A stretch of 37,017 nucleotides of DNA, from IMG/VR virus record IMGVR_UViG_3300032327_000100, positions 1-37,017 of that record; one strand, 5' to 3'. Each line of letters begins with the position of its first letter. The first letter of the stretch is position 1. Of the stretch, positions 10,501 through 22,900 are shown in pieces. Position numbers and translations under genes: made by a program. The DNA comes from a virus (lineage: Duplodnaviria; Caudoviricetes). The notes below the pieces were generated by a model. It was not told the origin of the DNA and did no database searches. It saw nothing but the letters and a program-made list of their open reading frames with translations.

Positions 10501-10889
10501 TTCTAAATAGCGTAGTGTTCAAACCATTATTTGGTGCTAAAGCGGCAGCTGCATTGCGAGGAACAATTAAAGTAATTAAAAATTCTGCAACTAATGCAAG
10601 TGATAGTGAAATTCGTAGTGCAACATTAACTAGTATGAATAATTATTTCAATATTAACAATTGGGATTTTGGAGACACCTTTTATTTCAGTGAATTAAGT
10701 GCATACATACATAATCAAATTGGAGAATATGTTAGTTCGTGTGTGTTAGTACCCAACGATCCAACAATGAAATTTGGAGACTTATATGAGATTAAATGTT
10801 TACCTTACGAAATTTTTGTAAATGCAGCAACTTCAAATGATGTACTTGTCATCGCGGCATTAACACCCGCCGAATTACAAATAGCATAA
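7515..10889 (+). CDS. gp6: Baseplate wedge subunit, T4 gp6/Baseplate-J-like (extended)
   Basis: gp6 hallmarks: DYETLRKSFIDYL, FNDYIESS, ENFIDTAERRDSVIKLANLVSYTPKR, FGDGVFSEIP, ETLADIKQRAP...QNRMVNGEDY. Follows gp25. Confidence 0.88.
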   Translation: MATSSRQSALFGVNDWKTIYQTFQQANFRSYDYETLRKSFIDYLTIYYPETFNDYIESSEFIALLDVMAFMGQGLAFRNDLNTRENFIDTAERRDSVIKLANLVSYTPKRNLTAEGYLKVTSIRTTQNLTDLNGFNLANIPILWNDPANPNWLEQYNTIINAALVNTQRVGLPANSAQILGIKTDEYTLQIPAGTSPVVPFSTTVNGMNMNFELCSVSAVGEDYVYEIPPAPTNQFNMLYRNDKLGYGSPNTGFFFYFKQGVLQNFDFSYQNQIANQVTDIGSIQGVNNTDTWLYQVSQTNGSFGLWIKVDNIYANAYLQTQNSVRQIYSVNSRSNDQVSYVFGDGVFSEIPVGNFRAYVRAGNALTYTIQPTQIQNLTVTMNYVSRVGRVETLTIGLSLQTPVTNAQARETLADIKQRAPSRYYTQNRMVNGEDYNNFPYTLYSSIIKSKAINRSSVGVSKNLDLLDPTGKYSSSNSYSNDGGIWLNDTDGYALLNITNLSDIQTFLNDTLANILGDNKSLQYYVQNYPRYNTTISSDDNLVYWHTSTVDANSTSGYFYDLINGNDIPVPIGTYSTYNLKYLTKGALIKFIAPDSYYFDDSNRLVYGVAGPSNITSIWTTVLNVIGDGYNNGLGQFANGTGPVTLNKYVPNGAIITTVIPAFQNTLPNTVTNECIIRLELQQNFTLVFDNSLTIAQDRWSVDPTSQPGYFVKFTSTGYNRYTVTYKSLNYYFGSVADTRFTYEAGKLVYDPFSGIILQDFIKILPTNTQPNSNYPLAKSVKGSIIGQTVESDGYINDFEVQVASIDVNNRTVVDNPDFFYDVTGYVTGNTNIGIYAFFEEIQDAINLTRTELISTSMVAYQYATATDIDVVKYDYPEGQLFYAYTDNVFYITVQDPTITTPYYILVEQPQYSMKPGRQGLQFQYRHNSNNTTRIDPATTNIIDLYVVTQAYYTEYQNWIQDTTGTVPMPTRPTINDLTTEYSKVQDYKMLTDTAILNSVVFKPLFGAKAAAALRGTIKVIKNSATNASDSEIRSATLTSMNNYFNINNWDFGDTFYFSELSAYIHNQIGEYVSSCVLVPNDPTMKFGDLYEIKCLPYEIFVNAATSNDVLVIAALTPAELQIA

Positions 10890-10892
10890 GTA
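10886..10892 (+). promoter_or_regulatory. Possible late promoter variant (ATAAGTA)
   Basis: One mismatch to ATAAATA, overlapping the gp6 stop, 24 nt before ATG 10917. Confidence 0.35.
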
Positions 10893-10916
10893 ATATATAA
10901 TTAAAAGATTTATAAA

Positions 10917-13900
10917 ATGGCAACAAGAATTAGAACACTCGACTTTTTACCAGAGATATTCAAAACCACAACCAATGCTCAGTTTTTGGCAGCGACACTA
11001 GACCAATTAGTTGCTGAGCCTAATACCGAGAGAATTGAAGGTTATATTGGTAGTAAGTTTGGGTATGGTGTTAATGCAAATGACTACTATGTAACCGAAC
11101 CTACAAAAATAAGAACCGATTATCAATTGGATCCGGGTGTTGTGTTCTTAAAAGAAAATGACACTACCGCAAAAGATTTTATTAGCTATCCGGGTATAGT
11201 TGATGCACTAACATTACGTGGTGGAATAACCGATAACAATAGTAGATTGTTTAGTAGTCAAATTTATTCATGGGATTCTTTCACTGATCTAGATAAAATT
11301 ATAAATTATAATCAATATTACTGGATACCAACCGGTCCCGAACGTGTTACAGTACAACCTAGTGCAGTTTATACTGAAGCTACTTATATAGTTGAATCAC
11401 AACCTGCTGATTACTTAATAACATCTGAATCATTAGCTGACGTTGAAGCTAACCCAACATTAACATTAATTCGCGGCGGAACTTATAAATTTATTGTAAA
11501 TCAAAATACTAAATTTTGGATACAAGGTGCACCAGGTATCACAGGATTTAGTCCAACTCAAACTAATTTACAAACTCGTGATGTGTACGGAGTTACTAAC
11601 AATGGTGCATCGGACGGTACTATTACATTTAATGTACCACAAAAAAATGCATTAGCAGATTATATTTTTCCTGGTGATAATACAGTAGGTGTTGTTTCTA
11701 CACTTCCGTATAGTCAAGTCAACGGCGCATATGTAAATGACATAGGTGGTATCGATGGAATTACCGCATTGGATGGGTTAACCTTAATGTTTTACAACAC
11801 CGGCGAAAATGATTTAGGTACCGAAACTAATTTTTACCAAATCACATTAACCGGCGCAGCTAATAACCCTGTTATATCATTGTCTTTAGGCGACGCTATT
11901 CCAAATGAGCAAAAAATAACTGCTTTGTATGGTATTGAATGGATCAATAGACTTTTCTATAGAAATAATACAGGTTACATACAATTAGAACCATATAATA
12001 GTCCTATATTAGATACATTGTACTATCAAGATGATACTATTTCTACTAGGGTAGGTATTATTAAATTGGTTGAAAATAATAGTACAAGTCAAATTAATGT
12101 TATTACAGATATATTAGGTAAAAAACAATACACTTCTCCAAATGGCGTAGTGTTTACTAATGGACTGAAAGTTATATTTCAAGGGAATATATTTCCTGAC
12201 ACGTATAATAATATAGAATACTATGTAGAAGGGGTTGGTACTAACATAGAATTATTAACCGTAACTAATTTAGTATCTCCGGGCTTATTTGCTTCGGGGG
12301 AGTACACCCCATGGGACACAACACCGTGGGATTTTGGAAATTATGATTCTAGTTTGTATGTACCTGTAAATCCAGACTATATAACAATTGCTAGAAATTC
12401 AATCAATAGAAATGCTTGGTCAAGAAGCAATCGTTGGTTTCACATAGATGTTATTAAAGCTACAGCAGCATACAACAACACGCCTGCATTAATAACAGAA
12501 TATACTACTGATAATAATAAAGCAAAACGACCAATCATTGAATTTTATCCTAACTTAAAATTATTTGATTCTGGTTCAGTTGGTAAAAGTCCAGTAGATT
12601 TTTTTGATACCAGAACAACTGACGCATTTACTTATGTGGCAGGACAAGCTAGTTATTACCCAGACGTAGCAGGATGGACAACTTATGACGCAGTAATAGC
12701 ACCGGTGACTGGAGCAATTACTACTAGAACAGCAACCACGACTTATGCAGTAACTAATCAGATTTTGTTGAATAGTACCTCTACCTTGCATATTAATGAT
12801 ACTATAAGTTTTGGAGGCACTGTATTTGGTGGAATAGTATCTGGAACTACTTATTATATAACTACTATTAATGGCAATCTAATAACCATATCTAGTATCA
12901 AAGGTGGACCATCGTTTGTTCTCACCACTAGTAGTGGCACAATGACTACCTCTATATATCCATATTCTACTACCATAACAGTTCCTACTACCGGGGTATC
13001 AGGATTATTTGAAGTTAATCAATATATAACAGATACTACTGGAGTATTACCTTCTATAACCTTAGTTAACAATGTTTCAATTATAGGTTCAAATACAATT
13101 ATAACAGTCACGTGGTATAATCAATCTATAGTCAATGGCACTTCAGTTGCATCTGTAGTTACAGCAGATACTCCTTTAGATAACTATGCTATTTTTGATG
13201 GCTCTAGAATAGTATTTGCAGCCGACACAACTGCAAATATACGAAATAAAATTTATATAGCAAGATTTTCAACTACTACATTTCAAGGTGTTCCTGTAAT
13301 TACTTTATTTGAAGCCGAAGATGGATTGGTATTGCCTGATGAACAAACTGCTGTATATCGTGGATATAATAACATAGGCAAAGATTTCTACTTTGACGGA
13401 ACCAACTGGTATGCAGGTCAACAAAAAATTACACTAAATCAACCTCCAAAGTTTGATGTATTTGACCACAATGGTATAAGTTTTAGTGATCCTTTAGTAT
13501 ATACTAGTACATCATTTACTGGTTCAACCTTGTTTAGATATGGAATAGGTTCAGGAACCGATGATATATATTTAGGTTTTCCCATACGTTATAGTTCAAT
13601 AGATAATATTGGAGACATTAGTTTTGATGTTTCTTTGAATTTAGATACCTTTAATTATGTTGATGGTACTACAGCAATAACACAAAATGTTAATACTGGA
13701 TATGTATATAATTATACATCTCGTATTAATTATGTAAGAGAGTTAGGTTGGCAAACTGCTGTATCTCCTAGCGCACAATATCAAATATTTGAATTTGATT
13801 GGACTATATTAAAACCTGTACATAGTTTCGCTTGTGATATAGCACCAATGAGTTCAACCAAAACAAATTGGCCCACTGTTCAAGTTTATATCAACAATAA

Positions 13901-16900
13901 CTATATACCTAATATAGATTACACAGTAACTACTACTGATACTACTACCACTGTTAATATTCCTGTTATTGATGCAGTTAACACAGTAGTACAAATTTTA
14001 ATATTAAGCGACCAAGTAAGTAATACTGCTTACTATCAAATTCCAAATAATTTGAATAATAATCCATTTAATGAAGATATCACTACAGCTAACATCGGTG
14101 ATATTCGTGGACAATATCAAAGTATTTTTTATAATAACCCAGACACAACTGGTGAAATATTTGGTCCAAACAATTATCGTGATTTAGGTAATTTAGTACC
14201 ATGGGGCAATAGAATAATACAGAATAGTGCTTCACTGGTATTACCTGGAGTATTTTTACGAAATCAAAAACATGATATAATTGATTCACTGTTATATAAT
14301 AGCAGACAATATATTACCTTTAAGAATTTATTGATTGATACAGTTAATAATTCTAGCTACAGTACAATGTTGACTCCTGCTCAAATGTTAGATAATGCAA
14401 TCATTCAAATGAATGCTGCACGTAGTAATGAACAACCGTTTTTCTGGAGCGATATGCTTCCAGCAAAAGCACCGTATATTACTAACACATATAGTTTTGC
14501 TAATTCACTAGATACTAGCATTTATTCTCTAAGTCAAATATATAATTTTGCTACGGCAAATTATAATAGCGTTTTAGTATATCTTACACGTAATGGAAAA
14601 CAAACACAACTAATTAAAGAAATTGATTATGTAATTAGTATTGATAGTCCTACACTAACTGTTACTACTGATTTACAACCAAACGATCAAATTACTGTAA
14701 ATGAATACAATCAAACTTATGGCAGCTATGCTCCTAACACTCCTACTAAGTTAGGATTATATCCAGCAACTATCCCTGCTGTAGTATTAGATACAGCATA
14801 CAACCCAGAAACGTATTTCATCGTAGGACATGATGGGTCATTTACTAAATTATATGGAAATTATGATCCAGTGACTGGTAAACTGATTGATTTCAGAGAC
14901 CAAGTGTTACTTGAGTATGAGACCCGTGTTTACAATAACTTAAAATTAAGTGAGACAGTTCCTGCAGGTTCATATCAAGGTGTAATTCTTCCAGGGTTCT
15001 TTAGAGATACTGATTACTCATACGATGAGTTCTTGCAAATATATAGTGAATCATTCTTAAATTGGGTAGGACAAAATAGAATTGATTACAAGACACAATT
15101 CTATAACAAGAACAATCAATTTAGTTACAACTATATTGACAGTGGCAACAAGATAAATCGTCAACCTATTGAGCAAGGTTACTTCAGAGGATTGTACTTA
15201 TACTATTACGATACTTCAACCCCAGATCAAACTCCATGGGAAATGTTAGGCATATCTAACAAGCCGTCATGGTGGGAAACTAGATATGGACCTGCTCCAT
15301 ACACTAGTGACAACTTAGTTCTTTGGGGAGATTTAAGTGAAGGCTTAGTATGGAACAACGGAGATTCTTACATAAAGCCTAATTATGCTCGCCCAGAATT
15401 ATTAAAAATTATCCCAGTTGATAGCAATGGAGATTTAGTTTCACCACTAATTTCTATTGTAGGTGCATACGACCAGAATGCATTTAAGCGTGACTGGGTC
15501 GTTGGCGATGTAGGTCCTGCAGAGTTTAGCTATCGTAGAAGTAGCACATGGCCATTTGATTTGATGCGTATATTAGCAATAACTAAACCGGCAGACTTCT
15601 TTAACTTAGGTGTCGATGTTGATAACTACAAATATAATGTTGAATTTAATCAATACTTAGTAAACAATAGAGATCACTTAGTCATAAGCAATGTACCAAT
15701 TTATGGTTCTGGCACGCCTGCAACTAGTTATATTAACTGGATTGTTGATTATGAAAAACAAGTTGGGGTCGATGCAACTACAAACATAACTACATTGCTA
15801 GACAACTTAGATGTTCGTTTAGTATATCGTTTAGCTGGATTTAGTGATAAGAATTTATTAAAATTCTACGTGGAAAAGAGTTCTGCTAACAGTAATAACA
15901 GTTCATTATTAATACCAGACGAAAGCTATCAAGTACTATTATACGAAAATCAACCGTTTGATAGAATAGTTTATAGTGGAGTTATAGTGCAAGTTACAGA
16001 CCGTGGATATAAAGTATTTGGAAATAGTCAGACTAATGCTTATTTCAAAGTATTGGCACCTAAGCCAAATCCAGCAATTGAAACTATTACAGTTGATACT
16101 CTTACAGTAAAGGTAGCAACAGATTTTTATGATAGAACAGTTACAGTTCCATATGGAACTGAATTCTACACGGTTCAACAAGTATCACAATTTTTAGTAA
16201 GCTATGGTGAATACTTGATACAAAAAGGTGTTATATTTGATGAAATAGAAAATGGTATTCCAATCAACTGGAATCAAATGGTCGCAGAGTTTCTATACTG
16301 GGCACAAACAGGGTGGGATATTGGTAGTATAACATCTATCAATCCTGCTGCAAAGATACTTTCAATAAACAAAGAAAGTTCTATTGTTCAACCATTGACA
16401 TTACAACAGTTTAACTTTATACTAAATCAAAATCTTTACCCTATATCAGGTACGGATATGTCTGTTATTCGTGATGGAACTGCATTTAGTGTAACCGCAT
16501 TGAATGAAGGTGATACTATATCATATGGACAATTTAATATTAGTAATATTGAACATGGCATCGTATTCAATAACTTGACATTGTTCAACGATGTGATTTA
16601 CAATTTAATTACTGGGTTACGTCAGAATCGCATTACAGTCCGTGGTACAAAAACTGCTGAATGGAATGGCACAGTAGATGCATATGGTTTCATTCTCAAC
16701 CAAGACAATATACAAGAGTGGACTAGAGAAGTAAAATATACGCAAGGTTCAATTGTAAAATATAAAAATAGATATTGGACTGCTATAACTATAGTTCAAG
16801 CAAAAGAAACGTTTGATGAGCAAGATTGGTTGCAAACAAACTACGACCAGATACAAAAAGGATTATTACCTAACAGTCAAACTCGTTCATATGAAAGTAC

Positions 16901-19900
16901 ATTGTACTATGATGTTAACAAGGCTAATTTAGAAAATGATGCTGACTTATTGAGTTTTAGTTTAATTGGATATCGTCCTAGAGACTATATGGCATTAGCT
17001 GATTTAACGGATATCACTCAAGTCAATGTTTATCAAAACATGATTAAAGATAAAGGTACATTAAATGCAGCAAGTGCATTTAAGGGTGCAACACTAGCAC
17101 AAGGCGGTATTGATTATGAATTGTATGAAAATTGGGCTATCAAATCAGGTGAGTTTGGCGGGATATTAAATAATAATTTTATTCAATTCAAATTGAATCA
17201 AACTGAATTGACCGGCAATCCTAGCATTGTAGGATTGACAAATGGAGTAGCTATAGATGGTGTACAACAAGAAGTGCCTATATATAGCGTATTCAATTAT
17301 GGTCGTCCAATAACTGATGTTGATATATTACCTACGATAGCTAATACATACCCATCCGAATTATACCCTACAGCAGGATATGTTAATTACGATGATGTTA
17401 AAATGGCTAGTTATTATTATTCTGGCTTATCAACCGCACAAAATTCAGTTGGCACAACAATCCCAATAAGTGAATTTTATGTGCGTGATTATACATGGTT
17501 AGCTAACTATCTATCAGATTGGAAAGTATATACTCCTGCAAGTTTAGGTTCAGTAATTGCAGCACAGAATAATCTTAACGGTACAGTAACAATTAGATTT
17601 AAGCAAGAACACAACTTAACCACTTATCAAGTTTTTGCGGTAGTTAATTTTGATCTTGCAATTGACAATTATTATGTTGTTGCAGCAGTGGTAGATCCAT
17701 ACAGAGTTATCATTAATCTTTCGTTAGACCCTAACATAACCAGTTTAACTGGACAAGGGGTTGGATTTAGAATGCAGAATCAGCGTGTAGCTACGGCACC
17801 AGAGATTATAAATTTACCTTTATTAGACAATGAATTTAACAAATTAAAAGTATGGGTAGATACTAACAATGATGGTAGCTGGGCAGTTTATCGCAAGAGT
17901 CTAAATTATCAATATACCAATGAAATAACAGAATTGGGTAGTGAGACTTTTGGTAGTGCGGTTGCTTATACTGATACTTTAGGTTATTTAATTGCTGATA
18001 GTGCAGCCGGAATAGTTAATAGATATAGGTATTATTCCGATACAAATTCTTATAGTTCTATTCAAACTCTAACACATGGGGATTCATTTGGGTCTAATAT
18101 ATCATATATTGATGATTTATTTGTTATATCAGAACCAACTGGTTCACCTAATGTTTATATCTATCAGTTAATAAATACCACTTTATCAAACACATTAAAT
18201 TTATATCAAACTATTGCAGCCCCTGCAGGTGTTACAACATGGGGAACTTCAACTGCATTGTCCGGAGATCAAAATTGGTTATACATTTCCGATATAGATA
18301 ACAATTATGTTTATGTTTATCGTAAATCTGTATTAACAGATTTATATGAATATTCTACTAGAATTACTGTAGCCGGTTTGGTCAGTGGAGACACATTTGG
18401 ATACTCTATCGCAACTGATTATTATGGTGATACTGTAGTAGTAGGTACCCCGTATAAAGATTATGATGTAAATACTCAAAATTATGGATACACTTATGTG
18501 TTCTCTAGAACTGTACAAAATACAATTTCAAGAACTAGTAATCAAGCCTTTATTCCTGTAGTAATTCCTTTAGCTTGGACTCCGACCACGGTAACGCAAA
18601 CTGCTACTGCTACAGATAGCACAACTGACAGAATTACAGTAAGTAGTAGTGCAGGGTTTAACGTAAACGATCCGGTGGTATTCACCGGCACATTGATTTC
18701 TGCGGGTGCAATTGCAGCAAATACTGTGTATTATGTTTATGATAAACCAACTAGCACTACCTTTAGAATTGCGTTGACTCGCAATGCAACATCATATATT
18801 CAATTAGCGACAGGGTCTGGTAGCATGACAGTTACCGTACAACCTACCCCGTTGTTTGTTTCAGTTAATGGAACACTATTAAGTGATAATACTTATGCAG
18901 TAATTGGTTCTTCGTTGTATGTTTATAGTTCACAATCACCTACAATAAATGCAGGCGATTTAATTAATATCAGTGGTAGTAATTTTGTATTAACACAGAC
19001 ATTGACTAATGAAGAAACACCAAGAGTTGGTGTAGAATTTGGTACTAGCGTAGATGTTAATCGTTATGCAAATGAAATATTGATTGGCGCTCCTTACGAA
19101 TTAAGTGATAAAAACTATGAAGGTGCAGTACACAGATATACAAATGCTGGTGAAAAATATGGTATGATTGTTGGTAATACTAGTTGTAATATTACTACTC
19201 CTAGAAATATTTTAATCAATGGATTCAATGTAATATTACCAATTGGTAATGCTACTTCTGCTGCTACTAGTATAAACATCGTTTCAATACCAAATGTATA
19301 TGCAACTACACTTAATGGTAAATTAGTAATCTCGTTAGTTGATACCGCTATTGGAACAGCAGGTAATAAACTATCACTATCAGTAGTTAATAATGCTACT
19401 CTGAGTGAGATTGGTATTACGATTTATACACAAACACAAAAGATAATGTGCCCTCATTTAGAAGGTAGAACTCAATTTGGAACTGTTGTAAAATTTGATA
19501 AATCTTACACTGGTTCATTTATTGCAAGTGCCCCAGTTGGTGCTCGTTATTCGTCTACTACATTTGACTTTACTGATGATGAATTAGACAATGATACAGT
19601 TTTTGATAACAATGCTACTCAATGGATAGATATTTTCACTAATGCTGGCGCTGTTTATATGTTTGATTATTTGGCAGCATATAACGAAAATATAGATAAC
19701 CCTGGTAATTTTGTGTACGCACAGAGTACAAACTCTTTAGATATAAATTATGGTACTCAACCAAATTATGGAACAGCATTAGATTTTAATAGCAATCATG
19801 TAACAATTGGTACTCCTAACTTTGTTCCTAATACAGGATATAATGGGCAAGTTATTACTTATATAAGTCAAAGTAGTACACCTGACTGGGCAGTATATAG

Positions 19901-22900
19901 AAGTTCGGCACCAATCGTTGATGTTAATGGAATTTTTAACATCCAATTGTTTAGTGCATTAACCAATGATACATTAGAAAATTTAGATTATATTGATCCC
20001 TTACAAGGTAAATTATTAGGAGCAGTAGCAGAGAACATTGACGTTACATCAAACAATGATCCAGCTGGATATAACAGTCCAACTAGTACCCAAGGTGGTA
20101 TTGTTTGGTCAAGTGATAAAGTAGGTCAATTATGGTTCAATACCTCTAACACTAGATTTATGAATTATCATCAAAATGATGTTTCATACAACAGTCAATG
20201 GTGGGGCCGTGTATTCCCAGGCAGCGATGTAGCAGTATATTCATGGATTAGCAGCAATGTACCCCCGTCACAATATACAGGTCCAGGTGTCCCGTATAAT
20301 ATAGATAATTACTCAGTGGGTGGTGTAATAAATGCTGAAGGATTAATTGCCCCTATCTATTATTTCTGGGCAAGAAATACAAATATAATATTTGAAAAAT
20401 TAGGTAAAACATTATCTGATACAGTATTAGAATATTATATAATACAACCGCAATCAACTGGTATAACTTATTTTGCACCATTGTTACCAAGTGTGTATGC
20501 ATTGTATAATGCATTTGCATACATTAATGCAAATGATACGGTTCTGAATATTGGTTATGCAACAGGAGCTAATGATGATGTCCCCCACAATCAATATAGT
20601 TTAATTCGCGCTAATTACGCTGATGACTTTTTGTCAGGTACTCCAGGGTCTGGTGCCGGATATCAATATCACGGAGCAGTAGGAATTGAGCAACCAATTG
20701 GTTTGTATAACAGAATGCTAGATAGCATGTGCGGTGTTGACAATGCAGGTGGTGTTGTACCTGACCCACTATTACCAAAAGCAGTACAGACAGGTATTTT
20801 AGCTAGACCAAGACAAGGGTTTTTCTATGACAGATTTGGCGCGTTAAAGAATTATCTACAATATGCCAATACTGTACTTGCTCAATTTCCTATTACTGAA
20901 ATTAGAAATGCAGTGTTTTTAACGGAAACCGGAGAATCATTTGATACAACACAATATTGGAATTATATCAATTGGTGGGCAACTGGTTATAATAATAATA
21001 CCAAAGCATCAATACAAGTTCCTTTATATGCAGATTTGTCTACCTTATCAGTAGCAGCAGGTACAATTGTAAAAGTATTAGCTAATGGTTCAGGTAACGG
21101 CGAAACATACATATATGGCGCAGACGGAGTATGGACAAGAATTGGATTAGACAATGGCACAATAGAATTCTCATCTGTATTATGGGATTATCCTAGTGCT
21201 AAATTAGGGTTTGGCGATAATTTCTTTGATACAACACCTTTTGATTCATATCCTTCAACCGAAACACGATATATTGTCCGCGCATTGAATGAGGAAATAT
21301 ATACTAATGAGTTATTGATTTTTAGAAATAAGAGTTTAATACTATTATTTGAATACATTCAAAGTGAAACAATTGAAAGTCAAAATTATTTGACTTGGTT
21401 AAATAAAACTTCATTCTTAGATGTTTCACATACGATTCGTGAATTAGTACCAATTGAAGTATTCCGTTCTGATAATCAATTATTCCTAGAAGGATATTTG
21501 AATGAGATTAAACCTTACCATGTTGTAATCAAAGAGTTCTTGTTCAAGTATACTCGTACCGATGTATTTGAAGGTGATATAACTGATTTTGATTTACCAG
21601 CACAATGGAATGCAAATATTGGTGAATTTGTGTCTCCTCAATTAGTTTATAATGGTGGCGACAGTGTTTATCAATATCCACCTACAAGTTCAATATGGAA
21701 TAGTAATGCATATACTGAATGGTATAACAATTACGGTTTGAGCATTGGTGTTTTTGTAGACGAGACACAATCATACATTGGACAAAAAGATTTTCAAATT
21801 GGCGTACTAGAATCATATCTGTCATTGAATACGGTATACTGCTATGTTGATAACATTTATGGATTTCCTATAAACGGGACTATCACGATTGGTGAAGAAC
21901 AAATAGGTTATAGTGGAAAAGATTTGTTAAACAGTCAACTAACCGGCTTGTCAAGAGGAATAAACGGTACAACTATAACTCAACACATACCTGGCGAATA
22001 TATTTTTATGGATCTTCCTCCTGTGATTATACTTAATACAGGTAGAAATTATGTAAATCCGCCAAAGATAACTGCGTACATTGACACTACAATATATCCT
22101 GAACCTAGAGTACCTGCTCAATTACAAGCTATAATGAGTTTAGGAACTGTTATTGGGGTTGAAGTAGTTAATCCAGGTTCTGGGTATGCAGTATTGCCTA
22201 AGATTGTTATCGACCCGGCTTATATACTATCAATCGATAGTAGTCAAGTTAATCTATTAGATAATACCATTAACATAAACACAGCATATGATTTACAAAC
22301 CGGTGATGTAGTAGTGTATACAGTAGGTTCTGATTCAACAACAATTCAAGGATTAGTTGAAGGTCAAGCCTATTATGTAAACTTATTAGAAATTACACCA
22401 TCTCCGGTGTTTGCTCTTTACACAATGTATCAGGAAGCAATTCAAGATCACAACAGAATTGTATTTGGTACTACTGGTACAGGAACACAAAACTTCAGTA
22501 TTGGCGCAGTTGGATATTGTATCACAAATTCAATGCCAATAAGAGAAAATGTAGTAACTTTGAGATTTGATAGAACCACATATAATTCTCAAGTTATTGA
22601 TTGGGCACCCGGTGGATTATATGGTTCTTTCTACGCAGGTGATTTACATAATAGTAATCAAATAGCAGCATCATCTATTAAATTATTTTCTCAGTATCCT
22701 TCTATTGATTCAATCTTAGCAAGTGCTGCCGGCGCAACATTTGAAATTTTAGATGCAGAAAATCAACAAACATTGACTTGGTCATCTAGAACTAGAACTA
22801 CAGTGCAGACATATGGTTCTAGCTATTCTACTACTGCATATCGTAATGCAATAAGAATCAATCCTAATGAAGGCGGTGCGGCAGTCGCAGGTGATATAGG